Of a stretch of 64,000 nucleotides of DNA, positions 27,270 to 43,006 are shown piece by piece. Position 1 is the first letter of the stretch; every line of letters starts with the position of its first letter. Origin of the DNA: Octopus vulgaris (Eukaryota); NCBI GenBank assembly GCA_951406725.2, contig OX597832.1, positions 64,666,001-64,730,000 of the forward strand. Direction: 5' to 3'. The notes under the pieces are model-generated. The model was given only the letters and a program-made list of their open reading frames with translations. It searched no databases and was not told where the DNA came from. The position numbers were made by a program, and so were the translations under genes.

Positions 27270-27845
27270 TTTTACTTGTTTTAGTGATTTAGCTGCGACC
27301 ATGCTGAAGCACCGTCTTGAAGAGGTTTTAAGTCGAACAAATCGACTCGAGGTCATTCTTTTTAGTCTCTATTGCCGAACCGCTAGGTTACGGGGATATA
27401 AACACACCAAAAACGGTTGTTAAGCGATGGTGGGAGAGAAACACGCACTCATGTATATATCTATACATATATATATATATATACGGTGTTCTTCTTTCAG
27501 TTTCCCTCTACCAAATCCTCTCACATGGCTATAGTAGAAGATACTTGTCGAATTTCCAGACAGAACATCTTCGCAGAACGTGGTTAGACGAAGGACACCA
27601 AGTGTCCGTATAGGACATCTTGCAGTAATAATACTTTCTATGAAAGGCACAAGGCCTGATATTGGGCGGGTGGGGAATAGTCGATTAGTTCGACCCCAGT
27701 CTTTCAGTGGTATTTAATCAATCGACCCCGAAAGGATGCAAGGCGAAGTCGATCTCGGCGGAATTTGATCTCACAACGTAAATACAGACGAAGTGCCGCT
27801 AAGTATTTTGGCCGGCGTGCTAACGATTCTGCCAGCTCTCCGTTA
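27270..27845 (-). mobile_element. Two adjacent SINEs (27270-27548 first family, head truncated; 27633-27845 second family)
   Basis: Shared diagnostic blocks GCCGAACCGCTAGGTTACGGGG and ATCGACCCCGAAAGGATG...GGCGGAATTTGA. Confidence 0.8.
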
Positions 27846-28004
27846 AAGTAATATTAATCAAGGGAAATATGATTGATATCGTTCACTTCGAAAGCTAAGA
27901 GGGATAGGTTATGTTACAATATCTGGCTAATCACTTTCCTTAATAATGACGATCGTTTTACTGAAACAAGTTTGAGTTTAAATACCAATTAAATTTACTA
28001 TTTG

Positions 28005-28066
<62 letters not shown>

Positions 28067-28074
28067 TGTGTGTA

Positions 28075-28465
28075 CAGTGTGCATGAAGCACCAGCTTGCT
28101 TGAGAGTAGGAGTAAAACCGTAAACTTAATTACCAATCTCACTGAAAATATGTGAAGGACCAACAGAAATCGGGCAAACGAGAAATATTAAACATACTAT
28201 CTCAGCTAAAAAGCTATAGAATGGGGTATCAGGTATACCTGGATAACGACTTCGAATTTTGGCTAGTGCCTGAGGGGAATTGAGGCACGAGCCAGAATTC
28301 AAAATCATGATCCAGGTATATCTATTACCTCATTCTACTGCTTTTTAGCTGAGATAGTATGTAAAATGTTGCTTGTTTGCCTGATTTCTGTTGATCCGTT
28401 GCATATTTTCAGTGAGATTGGTGGTTAAGTTGAGAGTTTTTACTCCTGGTCCTTCATGCACCCTG
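28075..28465. mobile_element. Fully palindromic (foldback) MITE, 391 bp, TA TSD
   Basis: TA-CAGTGTGCATGAAGCACCAG ... CTGGTCCTTCATGCACCCTG-TA. The arms pair imperfectly up to a short loop near 28271-28281 (e.g. CATACTATCTCAGCTAAAAAGC / GCTTTTTAGCTGAGATAGTATG). Confidence 0.9.
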
Positions 28466-29012
28466 TAATTTAATTATACATATATGTGCATGTGTGTGTG
28501 TGTATATATATAATAAACACGCACGAACTGAACAGATGTTTGTATGTTATTTTCACTAAGTTAATTTGTCATCTCCTTATAATCCCTGACCTTATCGGTG
28601 ATGTTCACTTATGTAATTCTTTTTTTCTTCTGTATAAAGATCAATTCAAGTATAACAAAGCGATACTCATCTACAAACCTAGGGGCGCCATATATACATA
28701 CATACATACATACATACATACATACATACATACATACATACATACATACATACATACATACATACATACATACATACTTACATGTTTGTATCTATGTATA
28801 TGTGAATGTGTGTGAGGTATCTGATGGCACGTAAGCCACACTTCTTTCCGAAAAAATATAGCATCTCAGAATAATACATCCCGAAGTCGGCCTCTCAAAA
28901 ATTTTAATGCTTAAAAGACCTTCCTTCCTGAATAAGCGCTCCAGAAATTGGGTAACACCTAAGGTGCCCGTGCGTCTTTTATGTCCTCGAATGCGGTATA
29001 TCTGTGTGTTAT

Positions 29013-29998
<986 letters not shown>

Positions 29999-30750
29999 GT
30001 GTGTGATAAACGCAGAATGTACATATTTAAATATGGAAGCCATGTGTAATCAATATATATAAATTTTTGCGCAATAATCACTGTTATATTACATATATCT
30101 GGTATAACATACATACGGATACCCATCAGTGTGTATTCATTAGTACCTATGTAACTTACTGTCATGCACATGCACACAAATGCAATCATAGACTATGTGC
30201 ACACTATACACACATATATAATGTGTGTGCGTGTGTTTCCATACATATATACTATGTAAAGCTAATGTACGCTACTATAATGCGAGACTTACTTTGAAAT
30301 GGGAAGACAACATTGTAAGCGCTGAATATTTGTACAATTTAAATGTATGGAAGGAAATTACGATTTAATTCTACGTTATCTATTCATAAATTCAAAAAAT
30401 AATATCTCTGAAATTTTATGAATATTATTAAATAGTACTCCTTTCTCTGCTTCTCACTATCTTTATGATATTGTCATTGCTTGTCTCTCTATTTTAAATT
30501 CTGTCTCTCTCTCCCTCTTTCTACCTCTCTATCTCTCATTTGCTCACTGACTCAAACGTTTTACTTTTTTGTTACCCAATCTTTCTGGATCCCTTTCAAA
30601 GCCGTATTAATAGCCTAGCGAACTGTTTCAATGAAAAATATCTCAAATTTCCTGCCCGTTTGTCTGCTTGTCTCTCCATACGTATTATTATTTTTTTTAT
30701 ATTAATCCTGACTTTGCCAATTATATATACGTGCATGTATACACACGTTG

Positions 30751-30793
<43 letters not shown>

Positions 30794-31924
30794 GATACGC
30801 GCACATATGTGTATATTTACACTCACATGTATATATATATGTATATCCACACACAGACATATATACATATACCCATACAGGCATTATATATATTTATATA
30901 CTCAAAGACACACACTCTCGTCTGTCTATCCCGTAATCGATCTAGTAAGTTCCATTACTTCTTCACAAGCCTCCCTAACTGCTGCCGTTCCTGTCCCATG
31001 AATATCAGCTTCCCAGCCCCACTCGAAACCCACAACTGTATATCCACTCCTCAACCGATTTATCTACTTCTCTCCTACTTACTCCACTACACACCCATCA
31101 ACCTATCTACCTGTCTATCCACCAACCCGATTGTCTCACGTCTGATCACTTACAGATATTTCAACCTTTACCTGTATCTGCACGCGTCTGCGCGCTTTCC
31201 GTCGTTCTTAGAAATTGTTACCTTCATTGATCAATACTGATTTACATTTTAGATCTTGATTTTTTTATTGTCTCCGTTAGACAACCTGTTTGTAATGTTT
31301 TCTGTTAAATGTTTGTCGAGTTTTTGTTGTTGTGTTTAATGAATGCTATTGTATAAATGGATCTTGAACGATGTGTTCAATTTAGATGCTTTTCACATTC
31401 CGTCAGTTTTTTTTCCCGCATTTTATCTAACTTAATTAAACCTAGTACTTTCAGACTTAATACAATGTTTGCTAGTTCTAATTGATTAATAAACCATATG
31501 CACTTAAATGAAAAGAAAAACAAAACATCGGATTAGTGACTAATAATTAAGATCATTGAATATAATCTGGTTCTGACAAGTAAGGGTAACGACTCTAAGG
31601 ATGTTTTAGTGTTATGGGGTCTTCGCGGCGAAACGTATCATCTACATTTGCCAAAAGGGAGAAATGTGAAAAAAATCTGCTCTTCTATAATAATAGTCTT
31701 TACATTAATCCAATGTTAATGCAAACCTATTCTTTATCTGGGTGTTTGGAAGTACCTCATATAGAAATCAAAATGCATTGTGAATATCGAGCAAATGTTT
31801 CGATGTACCTTATGCATTATAAATATCACATTTCTTGGTTAACTCTTACGTGTTTCAGTCACTAAACTGCGACCAGGGTGAGGCATCTCCTTCAAGAATT
31901 TTTTTATTGAGTCAATATCCACAT

Positions 31925-31970
<46 letters not shown>

Positions 31971-32047
31971 CAGAGGCGTAAACATACCAACGCCGTCTGT
32001 CAAGCTGTTGTTTGGGACAAAGGCGCGGTCACATACTATATATATAT

Positions 32048-32134
<87 letters not shown>

Positions 32135-33079
32135 AGGTGTGTAATTTTGTGTATATTTACGTATATGTTTATCGAAACAAACATCTTTTGATTTATCGGA
32201 TGTTTCTCAAAGAGACACTCGATTCTAGAAGAACGGTTCTATCCTGAAATTCTTGTGTGAATTCTTGTGTATTCAAGTCTCTATGTCTCCACACAGACCG
32301 GTCCAGTTTTCGTTTGTGCATTTACATGAATGATTATTAATGGACTGGAATCATTTGATAACATTATAGACGCTCTAGTTGAAGAATGATGAAGTGGCTG
32401 CGTAAGCCTATTTCAGTGTTGATCGACCAGACATATAGCCTAGAGGTAGTCAGTCAAACCACTAACTAGTTCGACCATAAACACATTTCTCAAAGTGATA
32501 TATAGTGATAATATACATTTAGAGGATTCATACTGCGACACATTTAACCACTCTTTGGCCAATATTTCCTCAGTATCACCAGCTTCGTTAATTTCAATCA
32601 AATATTGATATTAAGTGAATCCATGTTGTATGAAGGGGGCAGTGGATTTAAGAAGATTACTTCTGTTACTCTCGATTTGAGTTCGATTCCAATGGGGGAA
32701 GTATTCTGTAAGATTTTAAAGCTTTTAGTTAACGAATATAGGTTGACTGTAGAGTCTGTTTTAAAAATGCATATTTTTAATAATTTGATTTTATCATATT
32801 TATAAATATGATCTTCGACATGGTTTTTGCTACTTGTGATACAAAATTGAATGCGTGGTGCGAGATTCACTTTGACGCAAGGTGGTAACTCCAGGTTTAC
32901 GTCAATTTGTTGTCTTGCTTACGTCATCATAAAATTCTCAGACATCATCAGTTCATATCTCTGAGAGAAAAAAATTACTTCCTGGAAAAATCCGAGGAGG
33001 TGCGGACTGACTTCCTAGAAATGTCCGAGAAGCGGTGAGTAGGACTTCCTCATAAGCGTCGGTTTCCTGGTTTCAACGG

Positions 33080-33253
33080 TGTATATATTACTTATCTGGA
33101 CGGGACGACGGTCTGTTGCACGGTTATCCATTTCCACCAGCTGGACTAGACCAATGTGTTTTGCCCGGTCCAGGAATCTTACGAGCATGAATCCAATACC
33201 TTAACCACTAAGCCACGCGCCTCCCCACATATATATAAACATTTTTATGTATG

Positions 33254-33337
<84 letters not shown>

Positions 33338-33525
33338 AGTGTGTGTCTATGTGATTCGCCGCCGCTTTAGAATCGGTGTTGGTGGGCTTACGTACCCATA
33401 ACTTCGCAATTTGGCAAAATAGACCGATATAATAAGTATCAGCCTTGCAAAAGGTCATGTGACTGAAAAATGTTAAAGCAGTGCCCCAGTATGGCCGCAG
33501 TCTAATGGCTGAAACAAATAAAAGA
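33080..33525. mobile_element. SINE fragments (33080-33225 minus; 33350-33525 plus)
   Basis: CTTAACCACTAAGCCACGCGCCTCC (tRNA-like head, reversed) and GTGCCCCAGTATGGCCGCAGTCTAATGGCTGAAAC tail. Confidence 0.7.
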
Positions 33526-34408
33526 TGAATACATCGTCCATTATCGAAAATTTATTTTGTTCCCAAACTCTCGATATATAGAAACAAGGCTTCGAAAAGG
33601 ATATAAACGTGAAGTAAATATTTTATTCAAAAGATTCGTATTTGTTCGGAATCATCTCTTAAAACGAAAAAGAAAAAAAGAAAAACAATGTCTGTTCCTC
33701 GTCATCGAACCATGACACAACTACATAGAACGGTACGTGACAAGGAAATGCCTTCACAGTTACTAGATTTGTTAGAAAAAGCAACCAAATCACTTAAAAA
33801 TTACTTTACAGTCGCAATCAAAGAGGACACGTTAGATAATTTCATCAGCGATACCATTTAAAACGGAGTGGTCATGTATGGACAACATTTAAAGGAGGGT
33901 TTCTTGAAATACGATTGAGATGGTCTAAACAGCAGCAATAACAATTTTAATAATGTGTATAAATTGCTGATAGATAAATCGATCGATAAATGTATGAATT
34001 TGACGGTGGAAGGTGCTTCATTTCTGCTAACAATTTTAAGGAGAAACTTCTAAAGAGAGATCAAAATAGCAGTCATGTGTGACGGAGTATATTTTTACAT
34101 TTAATACAAGTCGCGATGGAAATATTTGAATGGAAATAGGAAAAATTAAAGAATAAAAATGAGAAATGATTAAAAAAATTGGTGAAACACTCACTTTAAA
34201 ATTATATTCCTACAACCTTTATTTTATTTATTTTTCAAAAATTGATGGTGAGCTTTGGTCACAGATTTGAAGAGAGCAATCAATGTTTCATGTATTTACG
34301 ACGGTTACAGTACCATGAGTTGATAATTGTTTGACGGAAGAAATATGAGTGATATTCACTAGAAAGGAAGAATGCTATGTCGGTCGTCTCATTCTTTCTT
34401 TCTCTCTC

Positions 34409-34488
<80 letters not shown>

Positions 34489-34489
34489 T

Positions 34490-34520
<31 letters not shown>

Positions 34521-35571
34521 GTGTATATCTATGCGTGTAATGCTAAGCAACAGTAAAAAGACAAAATAGCAAGGACAAAGTTTTACTATTTGGAATAGTT
34601 TATAATTGTGCCCCTTATTGCTCTATAGCCATATTAACTGAATATCATATATCACTAACAATCAAACAACAGCAAAACTGGTGATGATTCTTAACTTTAT
34701 GGTCAATTCACTCAAAGAGAATCGCTTATGAAATGTACTATTTTCTAGCCGTGAAAAAAATATCGTTTGCTTCCTCTGAAGTTTACTTAAGGCCTTTCTC
34801 TCATCTGATGTATACTATTTCTGGCAGAATGGAAGCCAGCATCCTACTCCTAGCCGTAGTAATATTAGTTGTATTATTTAGTTTAATTTTATACGACTCC
34901 CATGCAGTCTCCTAAGTACAGAGTTAAGAAATTCAACTAGTTTGGGATTCAAAATCTGCTGGTACTTGAATTTTTATAAATGCTTTAAGTTGAAATCACT
35001 TTACAGGCAAGTGTAGGGAATATGTTGTTCTGTTCAAGTTGTATTTCAATACAATACTAAGTTTCTGTCGCTCATCGAAGAGAAGCTTCCAGAACCCGTC
35101 AATGCATTCACACCTGTAATGGAGTTATTTTCTTTCACCTCTCTCAAAGCCCAAACTCATTTTGAAAGCGATTGCATCTATTTCTTGATCCAAATAATTG
35201 GGTGTGCAACATAAAACTCATCTTAAATGTGTTCGTGGTCAACTATAAATGCTTAAATCTGTACGGTATTTCGATCTCACATATGTACGGTTTATTGCAC
35301 ATTTTTACGCGCACATTCCATTTTAAAGTACTTTATATTTTATTTCATGGCAGGTGCAATCAAGCATGATTTGTTAGTGCAATGTTTATGGATTTGAGAT
35401 CTGCGTCTGTTAATTTAACTGCTATATTATCCATAAAATTTTGGCAGGTTTAACCAAATTTTTGATGAACATTATGAGATAACTGTGTGATAAAGGAAGT
35501 GATTACTGATTAGAATATTGAAAGTTCTAACTATATATTTTTGATGCGTTTCATACGTGTGTGCACGTGAA

Positions 35572-35636
<65 letters not shown>

Positions 35637-35660
35637 CAGTGCACCTGTGTAATGGGATGT

Positions 35661-35692
<32 letters not shown>

Positions 35693-35916
35693 GAGAGATA
35701 GAGAGAGAGAGACAAAGAGAGAGAGAGAGAGAGGTGTCAAGAGAGTGAGTAACGGAATACATGATTAGTTTGATAAACGTGTGAATGGGTGGGCGGACGT
35801 AATAGGGAGCAAAATTAAGGAGAAGATATTATTAGAGCCGACTTTGAAAATGATATCGTAAAACGGATGGAAAGCCGAGATATTGATCAAGGTGAAGCTC
35901 ACTAGCTAATCGTGCA

Positions 35917-35965
<49 letters not shown>

Positions 35966-36027
35966 GTGTGTGTAGAGAGAGAGGGAGAGAGATGGATGAA
36001 GCTGGGAAATTCCAATACATAAGCTGC

Positions 36028-36073
<46 letters not shown>

Positions 36074-36143
36074 ATGCTATACGATGCAAGAAAAAGACAC
36101 CAGCTACACTACCCCAGTAGTAGTAGTAGCAGTAGCCGTAGTA

Positions 36144-36182
<39 letters not shown>

Positions 36183-36681
36183 AAATACGAATATGGTATT
36201 CGTAAAAGTGAAAAGAAGACATGTAATATACATAACAATTACAAGAATAAAATAGGGTAAAAAATGATAAGTAGAAAAAATGAGGTGTAAAACGTGAGAA
36301 TGTGTGTGCGTGTGTGTGTGTGCGCGCGCGCGTGTGTGTGTGTGTGCGCGTGTGTGTGTGCGCGTGCGCGTGTGCATAATCTACACGACGGTTGGTTGAT
36401 GAAGTATTCATTAAATGATAAAGACTTGGATAGATATTACAGTGTGTGTGTGTGTGGAGATTCAGAGGAGAGAGAATAAATTTTTCAACTATAATGCATC
36501 GTTCTTACGAAGATTCTTAAGAAGATTTCCATCAAAATTAGTTACAATAAAGTTGAAAATAGACGAGAAAATAGGTTAGTACAATTAGAGACTGACTTGA
36601 AAGTAATTAAGAAATATATCAATCTTTGAAGTTTTAATATATGGCCTCAAGGACAGGAAAACCTCAACGTCGGCATAGTTA

Positions 36682-37150
36682 CTTGTTCACTGTTTATATG
36701 ACTCGATATCTTTCTACTTCTAACGAAACCCCATCGTTTGTGGGTGGGGGAAACGGAACGAGGACGGAACAGCAGGTTTATGAAGGTTTGCATCATATAT
36801 ATATATATATATATAACAAGTAGAAACACAAAGTTTATTCAATGCGTAAATACTGAACAGTATTTCTCGGCAGCCAGCCATGGCGGGCTGCTGACAATTT
36901 CTTTTACTTTGAAAAAACAAAACAAAAACGGACTTTATCCTTAATATATATACTGTTCAGTATCTACGCGTTGAATAAAATTTATCTTTCTACTTGTTAT
37001 ATATATATATTATGTATGTATATATGTACATATATATGTATGATGCAAACTTTCATCAACCTGCAGTTCCGTCCTCATTCCACCCCCCACCAACGATGGG
37101 GTTTCGTTAGAAGTAGAAAGATATCGAATGAGTCATAAACAGCGAACAAG
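36682..37150. repeat. Inverted repeat, ~112-bp arms (36682-36796 / 37040-37150), ~243-bp spacer
   Basis: TCGATATCTTTCTACTTCTAACGAAACCCCATCGTT vs AACGATGGGGTTTCGTTAGAAGTAGAAAGATATCGA. The inner ends abut TA-rich repeats. Confidence 0.92.
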
Positions 37151-37555
37151 AGACAAACACTTACCTCTCTGGCCAATCGTTCATCAACTTTTTCAAGTAC
37201 CACTTGAAAAGGAAGGTGAGAATGGGAAGGTGGGTGAATGTAGCAAACATAATGCGTGCGAGCGACGAAACCACTTTGAGCATGATCCTGTAAATCGAAA
37301 AGAGAGAGAGAGAGGGCACTCATGTGTTTATTCCCTCCCTGCCCGAGGTTACCGTAGGCTTTTCTTTCCACAGATAAACCTATATCTTACTTTTTACATT
37401 TTTTAAAACTCTTTTGTGATACATTTTTAAAACCCTTTTGATCGAAATTTTACTTTTTTTCTTATTTTCCCCCTTTTTCTTCATTTTCGAAAAGAAAAGC
37501 TCTACATCTGTATTTGTTCCCTCTGTGTTCAGCCCTGTGTGGCCAATAAAGAAAG

Positions 37556-37631
<76 letters not shown>

Positions 37632-37709
37632 TTACATATGTATCTGTCTACCGATTTATTTGTTTATCTGTCTATCTATCTATTTATCTATCTACCTACC
37701 TATGTAGTG

Positions 37710-37781
<72 letters not shown>

Positions 37782-38660
37782 CCTACCTACCTACCTACCT
37801 ACCTATGTATGTATGCTTGTATGTATGTATGTATGTATGTATCTATCTATCTATCTATTGATTGCTAGAGAAAACTGGAGAGGTAGGTTACAGTGGCTAT
37901 GCCAGTAGGTGTTAATCACGCATTATAAAGACATTTTAATCTATCATAGCGAGAAACTTCTCTTAGGATATAGTGTATATATTTCTGATAATATTTGTCT
38001 CTGTGAATGAGTAGTAAGTCATACATAACATGCCATCAGCACTATGCTGTGCACTTTAGATTTCAAACAATAAACAATGGATGACTCAAATCGTTTACTA
38101 TTTCATATATGGCGAACAATAGTCTTAAGTCAGGAGGTTTATTGAACTTGCAGTGGAAGCCTACACTGATAACTGAATCGGTTATACTGTTGGTGTTTTG
38201 ATGTAAATATCTCCGCATCCAAGTCAGTTCTCACTAAACACATCTATGATTTAGGGCATTCAAACCGTTACCTCTTCACATTTTTGAAGCAATGTAAAAT
38301 CGGTAATAACTCAACATTCTCCTCGTTTTACTTTAAGGATGATAGAATGTGATATTTGAGAAATATAGCTGCCATTTCTAGTATCATGAGCGACAACATA
38401 ATAACACACCTTCGTTAGCTTCTAAAATATAGTCACTATTGTTGGGGGTGCTCTTTACAAGTATGACTTCCCTATTCGAGCCAGCCTATTATCAAAGAGG
38501 GAGAGAGAGAGAAAGAGAGGGAGAGAGGGAGAGAGAGAGAAAGAAAGAAAGAGTGTAAGCATTCTGCACCATATTATGACCTAGCTTATATATATATGCA
38601 CACATACACACGTATGTATATATGTGTATGTGTGTGTGTGTATATATATTTGTACATATA

Positions 38661-39014
38661 GTGAAGGTACATGACTCGGTGGTTAAAGCGTCGAGCTTAC
38701 GATCGTGAGGTTGTGAGTTCGACTCCCAGACCGGAGTGTGTGTCGTGTTCTTGAGCAAGACACTTTATTTCATGCTGCTCCAGTTCACTCAGCTGTAGAA
38801 ATGAGTTGCGACATCACTGGTGCCAAGCTGTATCGGCCCCTTTGCCTTTGCTTTAGATAACATCAGTGGTGTGAAGATGGGAGGTTGGTATGCATGGTCG
38901 ACAGCTGGCTTTCCACAAACTACCTTGCCCAGACTTGTGCCTCGGAGGGGTACTTTCTAGGGGCAATCTCATGGTGCAATCCCATGGTAATTCATGACCG
39001 AAGGGGTTCTCCTC
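38661..39014 (+). mobile_element. tRNA-derived SINE (third family) with Pol III A and B boxes
   Basis: TGACTCGGTGGTTAAAGCG (A box), GAGTTCGACTCC (B box), then GTTCTTGAGCAAGACACTTT...TCACTCAGCTGTAGAAATG central domain. Confidence 0.85.
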
Positions 39015-39083
39015 ATATACAGATACGCGTATATATATGTGCGTGTGTATGTACATATGTATATGTATGTTTGTGTATATATA

Positions 39084-40375
39084 CGAGGGGCGTTCAATAA
39101 GTAATGCCCCTGGCCCACTTCCCATAGCAGTAGAGCAACGAAACTTGGCACAGTTATTAGTCTTTTTCTACATAGGAACCACCCAGAGTTACGCATTTCT
39201 CCCATCGTTTGATGCAGCTCTGAAGACCATTTTTGTAGAAGACCCCAGCTTGGTCCTCCAACCACGACGTGACTTCAGAAATCAAGGCTGCTTCATCTGG
39301 GAAACGCTTTCCTTGCAAAAACAACTTCATGGGAGGGAAGAGGTGAAAATCAGAGGGTGCAAGGTCAGGAGAGTAGGGGGAATGGGGGATGAGTTCATAG
39401 CCGCACACCTGTGCTTCTGATCTGGCGACACACGAGTTGTGGATCGGAGCGTTGTCCTGCAGGAGGAGGATGCCTTTGCTGATCTTGCCCCGCCTCTTGA
39501 TTTTGATAGCTTCTCTTAATTTACTCAAAAGTGAAGCATAATAGACTCCTGTAATTGTGACAACATTTGCCAGGAAATCTGTTATCACTACTCCGTCCTG
39601 GTCCCAGAAGACTGTAAGCATGACCTTGTCAGCGGAGGGCTGCACCCTTGCTTTCTTTGGAGGAGGTGAGTCACGGTGCTTCCACTGCATTGACTGGGCT
39701 TTGGTCTCTGGATCATAGTGATGGACCCAGGTTTCATCCTGTGTAATTAGTCTTTTGAAAAATTTTGACTCATCTTCTTGGCACATCTCCAAATTCATCC
39801 TCGAGCAATCCACGCGTTCTTGCTTCTGGAAAGGTGTGAGCAACCTGGGAATCCATCTAGCAGACACCTTTTTCATATGCAAATGATCATGAATGATAGT
39901 TTCCACAGATCCGGTACTAATCTTGACCTCATGGGCTATTTGGCGAATAGTTATGCGTCGATCTTCCAAAATGACAGCCTCAACTTGACGGACAGATGCC
40001 TCATCAATGGCAGAAGGGGGCGATAAGATCTGGGAGCTGTTTCCACAGAGTTCCGACAATGTTTGAATTCACGATGCCAGCGTTTTACAAGGTCATATGA
40101 TGGGGCATCATTACCATAAGTTACTTTCATTTCATCAAAAATCTCCTGTGGTGTGCGTCCTATCAAATACAAAAACCGAACCACTGCTCGACATTCAACA
40201 GGCTTCATTTCACACTTGACTCAGTTCAAACACCTGTAAATCAGAAACCACAATTAGTTCAGAGCTGTAATTTGCCACTTAATTTATAGAGATATAAATA
40301 ATTGCACATGCAAAATTTCAGCTAGATCAAACAACTGAAAGTGGGTCAGGGGCATTACCTATTGAACGCCCCTCG
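39084..40375 (-). mobile_element. Full-length mariner transposon (1292 bp), probably irritans subfamily
   Basis: 37-bp TIRs CGAGGGGCGTTCAATAAGTAATGCCCCTGGCCCACTT (35/37 identical), with TA on both sides. Confidence 0.96.
39157..40208 (-). pseudogene. DD34D mariner transposase with a single frameshift
   Basis: N-terminal HTH ORF (MKPVECRAVVRFL...VKRWHREFK) joins the ORF containing WIPRLL, ITQDETWVHHYDPE, LLQDNA-x-YSPDLAPSDFHLF (D-x34-D). The shift falls in a 5-nt C run (plus-strand G at 40016-40020). Confidence 0.93.
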
Positions 40376-40462
40376 TATAAATATATAAAACTGCATATAT
40401 TACGTAATTTTTCACATGGAACTTTTGGATTCAAAAACAGAGTTGAACCGAAAGAATTGTAA

Positions 40463-40529
<67 letters not shown>

Positions 40530-40545
40530 CCTACCTACCTATCTA

Positions 40546-40645
<100 letters not shown>

Positions 40646-41999
40646 GCTAACGAAATGAGAGTTGAAGGATTATTCTATAAATTTGGAGATGTATGTGTAT
40701 GTATAGACACATGAATGCGTCCGCGCGTTATTTTAAAAGGGAAATTTTGACAGTGCGGTTCATATTTTGAGCACATTTACCTCCTTCAGATTAAAGCACT
40801 TGTGTTCCTTCCAAGTCTTATATTTGTTGAAACTTAAGCAATAGGAACGTAAAGTTACAGTAGCCATATATGATAAATGCTCCATGTTTTCTTTGAAAAC
40901 GTCTTTTATTCTCCTTAAAACCAGCGAAATGTGGTTGATTTTTGCTAAATTGCTCCATTCAAAAACATGTACAAAAGACAATGAAATCACAGTCTCACTC
41001 ACATACAGCCATAAGCAGACATACCCACACACATTTCTATATTTTATATATATTTATTAATACTTAGCCTATACGGCTTTCATGCTTGCGGCACACTAAC
41101 TTTATTATTTTTACCAATAATAATGTTCTCTCATAAATGTATATATATTAATAGCGGCTCCGGCACTCGGGCTGTTCGGGTTTAGTCCGAGTATAAATTT
41201 AATAAAGTGAACGTGTATTTGCAAGTTGATTTAATTTCAGCCAACACTGACTTGAAGTATGTAATTGGAGCTAATAACTGGGTCTCCTTTTATTGAGCAT
41301 GGTCGCCGTTCATTTATTTTCCTTCAGCGTCTGGCGGTGCTCTTAGAGGTGCCCAGTTCCAACAAATATCATCGGTTGCTGATGTTCTCTCGACATCGTT
41401 CACAAGCGCCTGACACAGGCTCAGCAGTTACCGCCCGAGTTGTTATGCATGATCGTAAAAATTAAAAGTAATTCAAATTTAATGTTTCCTTGAAACTATA
41501 AATTTCTATAGAGATTAGGTTATAAATTCCAATCTATGAAAAGTTTCCATTTTACAATATTTTTACAGGAACGGAAAACTATCTAGCAACTCGGGCTAAT
41601 ACAAACGAGCCTGGTAGGTCTAAAAGACTAACTCGTATGATGAGTACAGGTGACAGTCATCTCGCTGAAGTTTGTTGTGCACTCTGTTGTCGTTGTTTGA
41701 TTGCTGTCATTGTGTGCGTCTGTGTGTAAAAAACAGTTGTGTTTCGCTGAGTTGCTTTTTTTAAACTCTTAACTTAGAAATGGAGAAAGACAGTGCTACA
41801 TATAAAAAATATGCCATTTGGGGATGGAAATAAAGTGGAAAAACGTGAAATTCATCGAGCAAACATGTATCTTATGCAAAATTTGTGATGAGCCCGAGTG
41901 ACGCTGATGACCTGGAGTTGCCTCTGATATATATATATATATGGCGTGTACTGGTACACCGGCGATTATAATTAATTTTATTGTATCGCATTTATCTTT

Positions 42000-42088
<89 letters not shown>

Positions 42089-42942
42089 TAGATAGATAGA
42101 TAGATATGAGAGAGAGTGAGAGAAAGAGGAGAGAGAGGGGCATGAGAAGGAGAGAGAGAAAAAGAGAAGGGAAGAGAGAGGGAGATGAGAAGGAGAGATA
42201 TAGAAACATCGAAATGATCGAGGTCAAATAAGTCAGAGATGAATCAGTGACGCCAAAACGGCAGTGCCAAAATGCCCGATATTCACTGCAGTTGAGATGT
42301 GGAAAAATACTCTCGAAAAACTCCAAATAATGCAGGTCTTAGTCAGTGAAATTAAACACAATACTTGTCATATATTTTATACACTTTGAAAAGATGATAG
42401 TGAAAGTCGATCTCAACGGGACTTGAAATAAATATATATATAAGAACCATCGTGAGTCATGTGGCTATGATATTTCGACCGACGTCCTGACGTTTCTGTC
42501 AGTCAATCCATTGTCTGCGTGGCACTAATTAAATATTGGGGTCGAATAATCGATTGAGTTTCCAATGCCCCCGAAATCCTTGGTCATTTGCCCAAAACAA
42601 AAATCAATATTAGATACGAACGGAATATATTGAATTGAGAAGGTAGGAAAAGTAGTTTGAAAATGGCAGAGAATTAACAAATACGGATTGATATAACAAA
42701 GCGCCTTTCTAAGTGCTTTAAAATTGCTAATTCTGCCACTTCAATGTGTTGTGTTTGGTGTGTGTATATATAAAGAACCTCTTGAGACACCTCGTCAAAT
42801 TAACGCAGACACAGAAATGATAAAGTTAAAAAAGAAAATACGGAGGAAGAATCTTTCACTATGTAAGAATATTTCTCTAAGACGGTTCAAAAATTTGGCA
42901 CAAACAATTTGATTAGGACCATAGAACGCGCCTATATATATA

Positions 42943-43006
<64 letters not shown>

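Noticed and set aside
38661-38735. tRNA gene
   Set aside because: The A and B boxes continue into a SINE body and there is no proper acceptor stem; it is a SINE head.
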